This document shows, one piece after another, positions 1 to 13,200 of a stretch of 64,000 bases of DNA. The notes beneath the pieces were generated by a model that saw only the letters and a list, made by a program, of their open reading frames with translations, made no database searches and was not told the origin of the DNA. The position numbers were made by a program, and so were the translations under genes. This stretch comes from Bigelowiella natans CCMP2755 (taxonomy: Eukaryota > Protista > Cercozoa). Location of the stretch: NCBI GenBank assembly GCA_000320545.1, contig ADNK01001949.1:54845-118844 (forward strand). Direction: 5' to 3'. Numbering within the stretch: the first letter of the stretch is position 1; the number at the start of each line of letters is the position of its first letter.

Positions 1-733
1 GAGAAACGTGTCGGTGTTCAGAAGAAACCCTGATGTTTACGGTGCGGCACATCAAAGCAGTCGTTCGAATCGTCATCGCCCTCATCGTCGCCACCAACAT
101 TGCCATCATCACCATCGTCATCACCACCATCGATATCACGCTCACAAACAAATCTTAAAACCATTGCGCGCAATGTGTAGTAGCATTGTTCTTTGGGTCG
201 CATTTGCACAGTCTTGATGACTAATCTAATGAGTGAAGGACATTTCATCCTCCAACCCCCCCCCCCCCCCCCTCTCTCTCTCTCTCTCTTCGCCCCTCTC
301 CCAACAACGTCTGGCTACCCGCTACCTGTCTTGCTGTCTAGATCCTTTTGCGTCACCTCGTACGACAGAAGCCCACGATTGTAGAAAACATACATCGCTT
401 GAAGAGGGAATAAACCACGATAGGGAGAGGGGAAGAGATGGGAAAGGGGAAAGAAACAGTACAATCGAATCAATCAAAGAACCATCACATCAAGCAACAC
501 GATGGTACATGCAAGAAATCGTGTGCGTGCATTCGGAGCTGCAGTGAGCATTTGCCGTGCAATGGCCAAGCAGAGCAAAGGCGACGAGTGCGGATATAAT
601 ACCGGAATCAAGAGAGTACGTGCTCAGCTGCATTGTGAGATGGTGGTGGCCTGAATGTAGAGATTTGAGAATGAGGGTGAGGGGAGTGGGGAGGGGAGGG
701 GGGGTGGGGGGAAGTCCTTTACGATCATCGTAT

Positions 734-774
<41 letters not shown>

Positions 775-989
775 CAAATATTATTATTATATTAAAACGT
801 CCTATTCCCTCTGCTCTATCCCTACGCATTCCAGCTTGCCCTCGTTGTACCATAAATCGAGGCGTTGGAAGCGGGGAGATGAGGAGGGGGGGACGGGTAG
901 GACGGCCTCTGCAGTGCAATAAGAGATAGATTTCATTCGTCGCAGACTCGAGGCAAAATACAATCGCATTAACGCACACAAATACGTAC

Positions 990-1027
<38 letters not shown>

Positions 1028-1568
1028 AGCATAGTAGCAAGCGATGTACACTCACACTCTCCTACAATTTTTTCCTTCTTCCCCCCCCTCCCCCCCTTCC
1101 CCCCCTGCTGCTTCCGACCTTCGCATCCGTGTCGTTGACACTGCCGCGGATTGTAACCGCAATATGGTCATCTTTCGTCTCAATATCAAGGAAATCGTAA
1201 CGAAGCTCTGCTACATCGAAGGGCGCCTAATTAAGACAATGGTTATGGATATCAACGAGACGAATAGGTGGGAGGGGGGGGGGGCACGCCACGAATAGCA
1301 CATCTAGATCGCTCTTTTGCGTTGTTAAGAGTAATTGTTTATTATTGGTGCGGTGTAGGTGCTGTAGGTTCGGTCAGGAAGGCAATTAGGCTGCTGCTGC
1401 TGCTGCTTTCATGTTACCTCGAATGGAATGGGGGTTGATAACGGCATCGTAGCAAACTCCTGATACAGACGCACAACACGTATATATATATATATATATA
1501 TATTGTTTATAATTACTATAATAGGGATACCGTGAAAATGAACATTCCAAGAATGTGTAAAATACTCT

Positions 1569-1609
<41 letters not shown>

Positions 1610-1684
1610 CTCGCACCCTTATCCCTCCCCTCACAAACACCTAAAAGCAGAAATCGGAAGAAACAAATTTCAGGTTTATATATA

Positions 1685-1729
<45 letters not shown>

Positions 1730-4203
1730 CAAGTCCACACTCCGGCCCCGCACAGCAATACCTTGTTGAGGTCGTCATCGATGGCATCTTTCATCGCGTC
1801 TGAAAGAGCAGAAGGCGACGAGAATGAGACAGGCAGCAAGCAAACGGGTGAAAAACCAAAGCAACCGATGTTTGACCTTGGATGGATTTCTCCATTGATT
1901 TCTTGATTGTGTGCTCGAAAGCGTCAAAAATCACCTGATTCACGCAGGCATGCACACACATGAAACAGGTAAGGATACGCAATGGTGCGGGTTGTGCAGT
2001 GTGCGCGCGCGTGTGTGAGCGTGTGTGTGTTTGTGTGTAATCGTGGAATTATGCTGATGGTTATCGTGAGGAATAGCGTTACATCGTACAGCCACGACAA
2101 CGCCGAATGGTGGATCTTTATTGAAAAATGATCCAAAGAGACCTGCAGCACGTGGGGGTGGGGGAGGGGGGGGGGGGGGGGATGCAACGACGAAGGTAAG
2201 ATAGCTACTCACGCCATAAGAACCAAAAGGATGCTCACAACGCATCGTTACATAGAGCATTTGCCGCTCATATACAGCGGTGGCACAACTCAGCGCCATA
2301 TGATGTGCTACTGATGACGATGATGGTGATGACGACGCTCCCAACAGAGGACAGCACTAATCACGGGGCCACGCTTCAAAAGCTTAATAGCTCTTGCAAT
2401 GTCGCCCTTGGTGTTGGCGTTGGCGTTGGCGTTGGTGGGAAGGCGGCTGCGGGTATGGCTCCGATCATCTCTTTTTGAGAAGTTTGACTGGATTTGCATT
2501 GTAAGGGAACTATCGCGTTCTTTTATTGTTCGATATATAAAAATATAAATATAAATATAAATATAAATATATAATACATGTAAATATTATTAAAGCGCAA
2601 AACGATGTCTCGCTCATTCTTCCTGTACTACACATACATCCGCGTCCTCTAAATTGGCGTGTGGCCGTCCTGTACACATATGTAAAGAAAGAAGAGCATG
2701 CATCACGTCCAAGCTAAAGGGAAACGGGATTTAACGAATCGTAAACGCTGACGGCTGTCTTCAGCAGCTCACTGCTGAGGCGTCTGAAAGGCTGTTAAGG
2801 CTATGTGTTACCCCTGGCGGTGGCGAGTTCAATTAACCCCGTTCCGTGAGTAGAACCTTCAAAGTGGAGGGGGGGTGGTGGGGTGAAAGAAAAGAAGAGA
2901 AGAAGAGGGAGGAGGATGAGGGGGGGGAGGAGGAGCGCACAGAATTTAGTCAATATGAAAGATTGGGGAGAGCGGTTTCAGAGAGTAAACGAAGCTTTCT
3001 TATGTTTTTCTACAATGCCAACAGGATCGCTGCAAGCTGATTCTTTTTTTTTTTGGTGCAGAATTTCTTTGTGGCGAGAAAGTGTTTTCGTTTATCGTGC
3101 TTTATCATCGTATCCCAAGTGTCAATTCCCCCACGGTCTTTGGCTTAAGTGCTGCTGCTACTGCTACGTCTACTACTACCTCCAACTGAGAAGTCGGCTG
3201 TTCCAGATCCACTAGGGTGCGGCCATTTGGTCTCCTTCCACTTCCAGTGCATGCTGCCTGGTATATCAGACGTTGCTGTATTAGTTTGAGTCAATTCTGG
3301 CAGCAGGTATATCGAAGCGGGAACATCTACACGAGAGATCCATGCAGCAGATTCTTGTAGTCTCAATGCTAGGACACCTGCTATTGATATCCCAGAAAGC
3401 GATATTTTGAGCCCTGTGGTAATATCATGGGAAAACAAGAGATTGTGAGTTTAATATCCATGGTCAAGACATCAAGAACGACGACGATGTTCAAGGAAAT
3501 CGCTCCCAATTTTCACATTCGCCAACGCACACCAAAAGTCGTATGTGTCATTCATGCTTTCGTTGAGGCCATGTTGCTAGATAGCGATATGTGCTGTTGT
3601 CGCATAGATCTAGGGGCACACCCTTGTCCTTGATGAAGGCCAACTTCGGTGATGAAATCTTGAATTTGGAGACCTTGATATCTGCGATCAAAAAGCCGTC
3701 AGCGGCGAGAAAACGGTTGCGCTGCAAATGTTTTATCGAATAATCGCCATCGAAGGTGCTGCCGTTCTTGCGTGTGCGAAAATCTAAGGCTTTCTACCAG
3801 TTACAGAGTAATCAATGTGGCCGCTCTTTCCTTTGATGTCTGTCATTATTAGAGGATTTAAGAAGATAAAATAAACTAAAAAAAGCCAATCAGTATTCAT
3901 CAATTCCGCCTAGAATTCTAAGGGAGAAGGGGGGGGATGGGGGGTGAAATCTCCGACCGTCGAATTTTTCGTGGAGAAGGGACTGCTCGATCAGTGGCAT
4001 GGCCTACGTGACAGCAGTATTCGTGGTTATTGGCAAAAAGAGCGGCAATGGAAGATTATAGATACCTGGCCAACCGCATAATCGAGAAATTTTTGAGATA
4101 CGGCTCCTCTCGCACCCCCGTTCACCTTCGCACCCCCCACCGATGAAGCGGCAATCGCTGCTGCAAGGAAGCACAACATGGGGGAATTTAGTCTGGCAGA
4201 CAT
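1..4203 (-). CDS. BPI/LBP (TULIP) family secreted lipid-binding protein, multi-exon, 3' end runs off the window
   Basis: ATG at 4203 gives signal-peptide-like MSARLNSPMLCFLAAAIAASSVGG then RGAVSQKFLDYAVGQ. Later GT-AG exons read IKVSKFKISSPKL, GLKISLSGISIAG, MHWKWKETKWPHPSGSGTADFS, GRPHANLEDAD, VSLDHFSIKIHHSALSWLYD, VIFDAFEHTIKKSMEKSIQ, DAMKDAIDDDLNK, matching the BPI/LBP N-terminal domain pattern (SWLY motif). Confidence 0.75.
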
Positions 4204-4987
4204 TGCAGGTACTGCAGCGCTTGCAATCTGCTACGACAGCGCCTTTGGACTTGTCGCAGGTAAGGAATTCCCATATTTTCTCGAGTAAAAAACGACTGGG
4301 TTTTCATGGTGCGTTATCCATAAACCATGTCGCGCAAAGTTTCTTGTGCGAATTCGAAGAAAAACGGCTTTCTCACCGGTTTCTAACGGCTGTAACGGAC
4401 GCGTGTAAAGCAGGAAACGCACAGAAACGGTGCGACTGTTCCAGGATGCCCTTCTTCTTTTTCATGTGTGATCAACACAATTAGACTTCTACTGTAGAAG
4501 AGGTTTGCTACAGGGGTTTAGATCTGGGAAGGACACATCATTCGTCATGTCACACTGAGGCCCATCATCGATCGGTTTGAGGCCTCTGTCAAACGCCGAA
4601 GAGTGCACCTGCGGAGAAACCAATCGCTGACTTTGAAAGGCACCGCACCTACTGTGCTTGCGTTGAGGTAGAGGCTCCGTGTGCGCCGAGTGGGGGTGGG
4701 CTAGTAGTAGTAGGAAGGATGTGTGTAGCTGCTGGATGGGTGCCAGCGCCACAGACATGTCTTAGTGCTTGCATACCATCACGATTCATTTGCGCGAATG
4801 AGGAAGAAATCATAACGCTTAATGATATTTGAACAGTGGATGCTGAAGCGCCTCGATGGGAAATAGAAACAGCTCCAACCCAGCGTTGACGTGCCATGCT
4901 GCTGAGGGTGATCGGGACACTGATCCTTCTAATATGATTTGAACATGTTTGGTATCAATAATCCTAATGTGCATTTGTGTTACCCAG

Positions 4988-5105
4988 AACCCCCCACCTC
5001 TGCACGATCAGGCGTCAGTCCGATACGAGCCTCAAGCAGGTCTAGGACAAGATACAGTTCCAAGGAGCTATACCGAGGAAGTTTCATATCGCACGGGTCT
5101 TTTAT

Positions 5106-5154
<49 letters not shown>

Positions 5155-5739
5155 AGGGGGGGAGGGGAAACGAGGCCGGAGAAAATGTTTGTCCGTCCTA
5201 CTGTGGTTCTTTTAACTTTTCGCCGCTCCTTTGTTGTGTTCGCTTCAACTGTAATTGTAGATCTCTTCCACGTGGCGATGACTGTCAATCCTCCCCTAGA
5301 GTACCCCCCCTCGTCACAGGTCCGTGAGCAAATAATACAAATAAGAATATGTGCGCATGTGTGTATGTATGTGTGTGTGTGTGTGTGTGTGTGAGTGAGT
5401 GTATGTATAGGTTTCGTATGTTCAGTATTATGATTTATACTCTTAATATGCGGACATGTAGCGGCGAGCGCGTGGAGAGAATTTGTATATATGTATTGCC
5501 TCCCTCTCTCTATCCCCCCCCCTTGCCGCAAAAACTGAGAACATATTCTATAAATTAGGAGAAGAGGATAAATCAAGAAACTCCATGCTCCGGAAGGAGG
5601 GTTCAGGTAATGCCAACGAAGAGGGTATTATGGTTGTACACGAAAAGAAGCAGTAGGAAATTGCTCACAAATAAGTGAGGAGGGGAAGCAGATAGCTACT
5701 TTTACTTTAAAATATGTGGATATATACAGTCATACATAT

Positions 5740-5777
<38 letters not shown>

Positions 5778-6269
5778 ATAAATATCATCCCTTCTTACCA
5801 GAGAATTCCCGGACGTCGGGAAAATGGTGTCCATTGCGTGAGCGGAAAGTCGACTTAATTGATATTTCCCCACTCGCCAAGAGCGGGCAATACCAACCCC
5901 TAAAGAAGCGGTCTTCAGTCTCGTCAAAGAGAAGGGAGGATTCTATTCGGTACTAGGATAAACACATCGGCGGATATCCGCTGTTGAAGCGGCTTACGTG
6001 TATAGCTCAGAGACGATGAGTTTTTGTCATTTCTATGTCGCCTCGGGCTCACATATTTCTTCCGATTAGGGAGGAAGAAGACTCAATTGATCCGAGCGAA
6101 CATCAGCAGCCGGAAACCAGAACGGACAGACAGACGCGCAGTACAACTCACGCAGAAAAGGCCAACACTGCAAAACCCATAGGATTGACGACTGATACGA
6201 GTAAAGAGCATAGCCATGAGTCGAGTGGTGATAAACTAGCTGAGAACGATTCTATCATCGCAACTATGC

Positions 6270-6306
<37 letters not shown>

Positions 6307-6381
6307 TCTCTTTCTTTCAAGACGCATTTACACGCAATCGCCTGAGAAAATATAGAGGGAGGAAGAGAGAGGGAGAGAGAA

Positions 6382-6413
<32 letters not shown>

Positions 6414-6471
6414 GAAGATGGAGATGGAGAGCAAAGTAGACATCCGAAATTCACATATACAAATATTATTT

Positions 6472-6510
<39 letters not shown>

Positions 6511-7176
6511 CATTATTATTTAAAAACGATAGGAGCAATGGATACGACCATACCCAAACAAGTAACTTCGACTTCGGCGGCTCCGGAGAGCGAAACAGCT
6601 CCCAAAATACCAGTTAAGGAAGAGGAAAAAGCAAAATCCAGCGAAACCAATAGCGATGCGCGACAGATAGGTCATTCCTCCTCAACTTCAGGGCCCAGTG
6701 AAACAGAAGAGGCCAAAATATTATGCAAGGCTCAGAAACATGATTCGGGAAGAAAAGCAAATCCGAGCTCTGGGTCTATTCGGTCAAACATATTCACGGA
6801 CAGCAACAACTGGGTCGATGAAGATGCAGTATTCGCGTGGAAAGTCCTTGTCGTACACGCTCTTCATCAGCGCAAAGAGGAGGTGATTCCCAGGCTAATG
6901 TGCAATAGATTTGCAGGCATTAGCTCGTTAAATACCTATAGATCTTTCTCACGCCTCTAATACCCAGTGTGACGATATTTTCTTACCCACCATCATTACA
7001 TGATAGGTCTCATGCTATAGTAACAGCACGATCAAAGAGCTGAAGGAGGCGTACATTTTTAGGTGGCAAGTGCAGAATAAACCAAGATCCTCATTTTTAA
7101 TATCACGTTGTAGATTTTGATGTTAAAGTAAAAAATGATGATTTTTGCACATACTAGAGGTTGTATGTGTAAGTAT

Positions 7177-7211
<35 letters not shown>

Positions 7212-10200
7212 GTGTGTGTGCGGAAATTTTATTGTACACAGTATGAAAGGAAGTCACAACACAAATCTTTTCAAGTTGCAGAAAGGCATTTATTACCTAC
7301 TTCCGGTACTATGGAACACTCAGACTGTTTTCTTCCTGCCGAGACTTGAAATCATCCACATCAATCACAAATTTTACGGGGTTCCAAAAGGCCTGGAAAC
7401 AAACTTACGATTCATAGTCACATCAACCTGCATGAAGAAGTGTTCGACTCATGTGTTTGGTTGCAATTTAGGAACACTGGACTCTGCATCCAATGGTCCG
7501 CAACAGATCAACAGTTTATGCGTGAGTTGAGCAAACAAAACCCTGATGCACAAAACTCAAGAGACATCATCTTTCCCCTGCTAGCCTGCCATCCAGCTTC
7601 CTGGCCATTTTGTTGAAAGAAGACTTTTGTTTTCACTGAAATCTTTGAATGAAAATTTTCATTGGGAAACGCAATGGTGTGTTGCTGTGTGTGGTCTCCA
7701 TGTGGATCCATTGTTGCGTTCATCACTCCATCCATCGATGGATCTTTTCACTGTCTTTCAGTTTCGAGGGAACAAAAGAGGAATTGGACAGGGCTTTGAA
7801 GAAAAAACATCATCGTTTGAAGGAGGTTGCCTTCTTGCAAGTCATTGAGCGTACACACATCGAGTTGTTCCTCCCAAACGACACTTCAGCTAGATGAGGA
7901 ATTCACACTTCGTGTTTTTCCGTTTTGCATCCATCAATGTGGTTCACTGAATTGAAAATCGAAGTCCACTCTCAAAGTTCAATTCAAATTGATGTTTTGT
8001 TTTTGTTGTGTTTGTTGTGTTTCGCATTGACTTCCAAAGTTGCTGTCTCCTGCTGAGGGTCTCTGTGCTTCACTCACACAGACTCTCGAGAAACAACTTG
8101 ATTTTGATGTCACGTCTCCAAAAAAGTGAAACATCAATTTTTTGGTCTGTGCATGCACAGCTCGTTTTCTCAACGATGAAGCCGTGCGTGCAAACTGGCA
8201 TGACAGTGCACAATTGTGGCCTTGCGCAATCGTGTCGCATTGAACGCCAAGCTCCGTGCGTGCTCAAGCGGCTCGTGCTGGCGTGTGAAGTCGGTCAGCA
8301 ATGGAAGCTGACCACGCATTGGTTGCTCAAAACAACGCCGTTTCGTTGTCACTTCGGCACGCGGTGCCCGGTGGCGATCCAGAGCGGGCAACCCAGCGCC
8401 CACGTGGCCCGCTTTTGAGGTCCCAAGTCTCACATCACTCCCGCGGCAGCGGGAAAGTTTTTTGAGATTTTGGGACCCCAAGATCAAAAATCTTCAACAA
8501 AATGAATGAAATTGACAGCACATTTCAATCCAAAGTGCACGTGCGTGCGACACGCATGTGTGCACAACACTGCACGTGCGGCGTGTGGCGGTGCGTGCAC
8601 GGCGCCGGGTTGTGTGTGAAACAGAGGGACGTGCGTCAATTGTTTTCAAAGTGTCACGTGCAATGGCCACACACATCAGTTTCCACCACACAACTGAAAC
8701 AAGTGGGCAGGGGCGGATTGATCCTTTCATCACACACTTCAAAATGACACGTGACAGCTGCTGCACATTGATTTCCATCGCACAACAGCATCGACCTCAG
8801 AATTCTCGAGTGTGTGCTCGAACTGATCTCGCACCGCGATGTGCTTTGATGTTGCATGGCAACGCCTGGGATGTTGCGCATTCCTGTCCTGGCTGGAGCC
8901 GAGCGATACCGCCCGCTCCGTCCAACCTCCAAGTGTTCAACTTGCAGTTTGCCCAACCGCACGTCTTTTGCTCGAATTGGGAAAACCTTGTTTGTCACGT
9001 CAGACAGTTTGGTCCCTGCAATTGGCCAACAGACGCGCTGCTAGCTGATGCTTGTGCTTGCACGTTGATGCAATCAATGCCATTGAAAACAGAACACCAA
9101 AACCCTGATGATGAAAATGCATTGTGAGGAGCTTGAGCATGCATGCCAAAACAAGCTCCCAAGAGGACATCACCGCTCGCACGCGGGTCTTTCAACTTTT
9201 GCGCGCGCGTTTCACTTTGTTGCAACTAGCTCAGTTGAACACATCACATCACGCTGTTTTTGGATTGAAAGGGTGACATTTTCCCCCAACGTCATTTCGC
9301 CAACTTGCAACCCAACTTCTTCCATGTCGCACTGGCCCAAGCGGGGTTCTTCGCATCTTGACCAAGCTTGATGCCAAGTTCTCCAGCTCTTTGAGGGGTT
9401 GCTCTCAACGACACATGCGCCTTGGGTTTGAGTGTGACAATCCATGGTTTTCCACAGCGGTCGTTGTTCTTGCATTCCGAATGATCCCCTTTCCAGCACT
9501 TCTCAGAAGCACGACAGCTCCGAGTTCTCACAAGAAGCTTCCCAGGACACCCAATGTCCAGCACTTGGTGCAGTTTCTTGACACCGACCAACGTTTCACA
9601 CCCTCGAATGTTCCTGTCTGCAGCTCCATTTCCACATGCGGGCATCCAGTGAAACACCCGACGATGCACGCCTGCTCCTTTTTTTGAACAAAAATCTTTG
9701 CAAAAACTTGTCACGTTGTCCTGGAAAAAGTTGAAGGCATCCTCGGCTGACTTCATCCTTGAAACTTCGCCTCCATCTGCGTTCAGTTGCTCTCTGGCAA
9801 CTGCGTTTTTCACGTCACCATGTGAGGCACCATCCACTTCGTCTTTCCCATGAGCGGTGCCGCGGAAGCACCAATCCATCACGATTCCAGTTCCAGGTTT
9901 GTGACTGCCAATCCACAATGCATGAGTGCTCAATTTGCACTGCGAGGGAGCCCCATCTGATGTCACAGCTTCGCCTTCTGAACTCACGTTTCTTTTTGAG
10001 TGAGGCGTCAGGTGCTTGTCGTCAGCGTGTTGCACAAACGCATTGTCGTGGTGCAAGTCCGGGGACACTGCGCAATGGAATTCCCTCACAATTGGGTGCT
10101 TGTTGCATCGTTGAAAGTGATCTTTGAGCTTCTTGCGCTCTGCCTCGTCAACGTTCTTGACATCATCGACTTTGACGTGGAACACGCAACCGCACAGTGT

Positions 10201-13200
10201 GACAGACACTTGAGAATGACGTGGAGATTGGTGCTCAATTTTGGGCTCCATTGACAGATTCTCACCAAAGTCTTGAACTTTTCCTGCCCATCCTCGTGGA
10301 GGTCTTTTGAACGCAAGAGCCTCCGCGCTCTGCCGTTTTCCTGTGTCGTGGTGGAGGATGTGTGTCGGCCAATGTGCTTTGAAGTGCGACACGAAGTCAT
10401 TGAAATTCCCTCTCTCAACTCCAACAAAGTCTCGCTTCTCTTTCACTGTGCCGTCCTTCGTTTCGTGTTCAATTTTTTCACACTTCACCCAGTTCACTGT
10501 CAGGTGATCCACGTTGTCGTTCTCCTCGACACACTCGCAACTCTTCACCAGTTTCAAGTCTTCACAGGTGGAACACCAATGCTGGAAAGACAAACCAGGC
10601 CTTGACCCCCTGAGCAATGAGCTTGTGGATTTTCGATTTGAGTGGTGTCCTCAATTCTTCAAGCCCGAAGATGATTGCGAACAAAACATCGAACTTCGAA
10701 ACGAAATGGATGCACTTCGTCGAAGTCTCACCCACGACCAAAGGAAAGAGGTGTGTGATTTCAAGTCGTTCAATTCAAAGAAGAAACTGAGTCCATCCTC
10801 ACGCAAGCAGTGGCAAGTGCACTCCTGTGCACGACAAAGAAAAAAAAGTTGTCAATCGCATGGACGCAACTTTTGCAAAAACGACCCATGGTGACAAGCA
10901 AGGAGGCTCGGCTGCCTGCTGCTCTTTCACCGTGAAAACACCCCAGGATTGCGGATGAGGATGAAACCAATGGAATTGAATTGGAGTCACCTCGATCAAA
11001 AGCACCATCCTGTCCGCATCCGCGCTTGAAAGGCCCAACTCACACAACACTTTGACAAGTGAGTTTTGAGCAATGACAAGTGAAAACGATTTTGACCATC
11101 CGGGTTCTTCTTTCTCCCCCCTTCCTTTGAGTGTTGAACCAAAGGAAACGAAAGAAATCCCGTGTCAAGTGACCACTCGCTCCCCCCCCTCCTGCCCACC
11201 AAAAATGCCTGCAAGGTCGTGGGGGGTGATGTTGTCCTGCACCACAAACTTTGCACAAACGATGTTTTGAACGTTTTCAGTTGTTCATTGTCTCACTCCT
11301 GTCAAAGTGAAAAGGCACCCTCTTGTTTCGATGAACAAAACGACAAACGCCAACGTTTTGTTCTCGAAAGAGCTTGCACCTTCTGCAGTTTTTGGGCAAA
11401 CTTTCGATTTGCGAACACGTTTTTTTTTTCAACACGGTTGCTGTTGAAACAGTTGCACTTGAAACTGTGACACCCCCCCCCCCACAACGTCACTTCTCTC
11501 TCGTCTGTGTTCTGATTGAACAAGAGAGAAAAAGGGAAGCGTGGTGGGGTTTGAAGAGGTTCGTGTGCAGCCAATGCCAGCCACAAGATTTCGATCCTGA
11601 TGAGTTGCGTCGTGCACAAAGCAGTTTTTCATCACGACGACAATGCATGCGCGTGCATGCGTGCGTGTTGTGTCGTGGTTTTTGCCTGCTCTGCACTCAC
11701 GAGCAACACTGGGACAGTTCCACTCAGTGACCAAGGTCACCTTCTGACTGTCACCACGAGAGCGCATCACTGAGTGCTGCTGTGCGTCGTGCTCCGCGTG
11801 CACACCACACTTCGCAACTTGTTGTCAACAAACTGAGAGGAAGGGCAGCGTGTTGGAGTGCTTGGCACTCAATGTCCGAAGTGTGGATCTGCGACACGCA
11901 GTCAGCGAGCGTTCGCCGAAGTGCGACAAGCGGTTGCTGCAGAAGCAGCGACAAGCAGGAGCACAGGGCAAGCTGACAGTGCGACACGGCAGCGCAACGT
12001 CGTGCAACGTGTCGTGTTGCGGCACGCGACTGCTGAGTTCACTTCCTCTGGCAGCACGTGCAAAACTGTGCTGCACGCGCGTGCAGCTGCGTTCTCCTTG
12101 GACACAGAGTTGAGACCGCCCACCAGCCGTCTTGCACCTGCCTCCTTTGCTGTCCGCCGCCCAGCTGGCCGCCGCCGCATCGCCCTCTTTGCTGCACACG
12201 TTTCCAACAACACGGCTCAAAAAAGTTTTTTTTTTTGGCACGAACGCGTCGCAAAACCTGCACCCAACTGCGCGCACTCTTGCCACGACTTGGTCTTGCG
12301 ACAAGCCTTTGACAGCTCCTCACTTGCTGCAAACTGCGGCGACTTTGGCCTGTTTTTGCGCCCAACCTTGGACTGAGTGGAAACGTGGCGATTGTGTTCC
12401 CGTGGTGACCAATTGAGACAACTGTGCAAGCCACTCGTGCGACCTTGGAGGCGTTTCCGACGTCGCTTTGGCGTTGCGACTGGTCAACGCGGTCAAAGAG
12501 GTTGAAAATCGCGCCTCCTTGGACACTTGTGACTGCAACTTTTGTGCCTGACCGTTTTGGCAGTCCGAGCGCGTGCGAAGGTGGTCCACGTCTCACCTTG
12601 CTCCCCTTCCCACTGAGGAACGAAGCTTGTCCCACCACCAAGCGCCACCTGAGAGGCCTGTTGTCGATTGCAACAGGCTCAGAACACTCGAATCCAACCT
12701 CCTCTCGTCCAGTCGTGTCAGAACAGGACTTCGGCTCCCCTCCTCTCACTCATCTTCCTGAGGACACGGAGACTTCCGAGTCTGAGGTCGATCACACCAC
12801 TCCACCGAGGCGTTTGAGCTCGAGGGAGCCAGCTGAGGACACGGGCACGCCACTGGGAGCAGGTGAGAAGGTCCTTTTGACCAACTGGCCAAAGTGACAG
12901 TGAGAGCGTGTTCTTTGTGACTCGACTGAGGTGGCCTGTTGTGGCGTGTGTTGACGGTTGTTGTCGTTGCTGTCGCAGTTTTGTGGTGTCGTGGAGGTGA
13001 GTTTTTCGTGCTGTGTGTGACGTGTGAGTTTGTGAGTGGTCAAGAGTGCTGGAGTGAGACACAACCCACCCAGGAGGAGACGAACGCTCTCAAAAAACAG
13101 GCACAGGAAAGCAACGCTGTCACCAGCAAACCTGTGAACCTCCAACAAGAGGTTGACAAACTCGAGCAGGAGCTCGCAAGGAAAAAGGAAGAACACGAGG

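Noticed and set aside
1386-1906. ORFs with YIYIYI, SLSLSL, THTHTH or RERERE runs (here and throughout the window)
   Set aside because: These are translations of intronic microsatellites.
4143-4484. 113 aa plus-strand ORF as a gene start
   Set aside because: It overlaps the first exon of the minus-strand BPI/LBP gene and has no recognisable motif.
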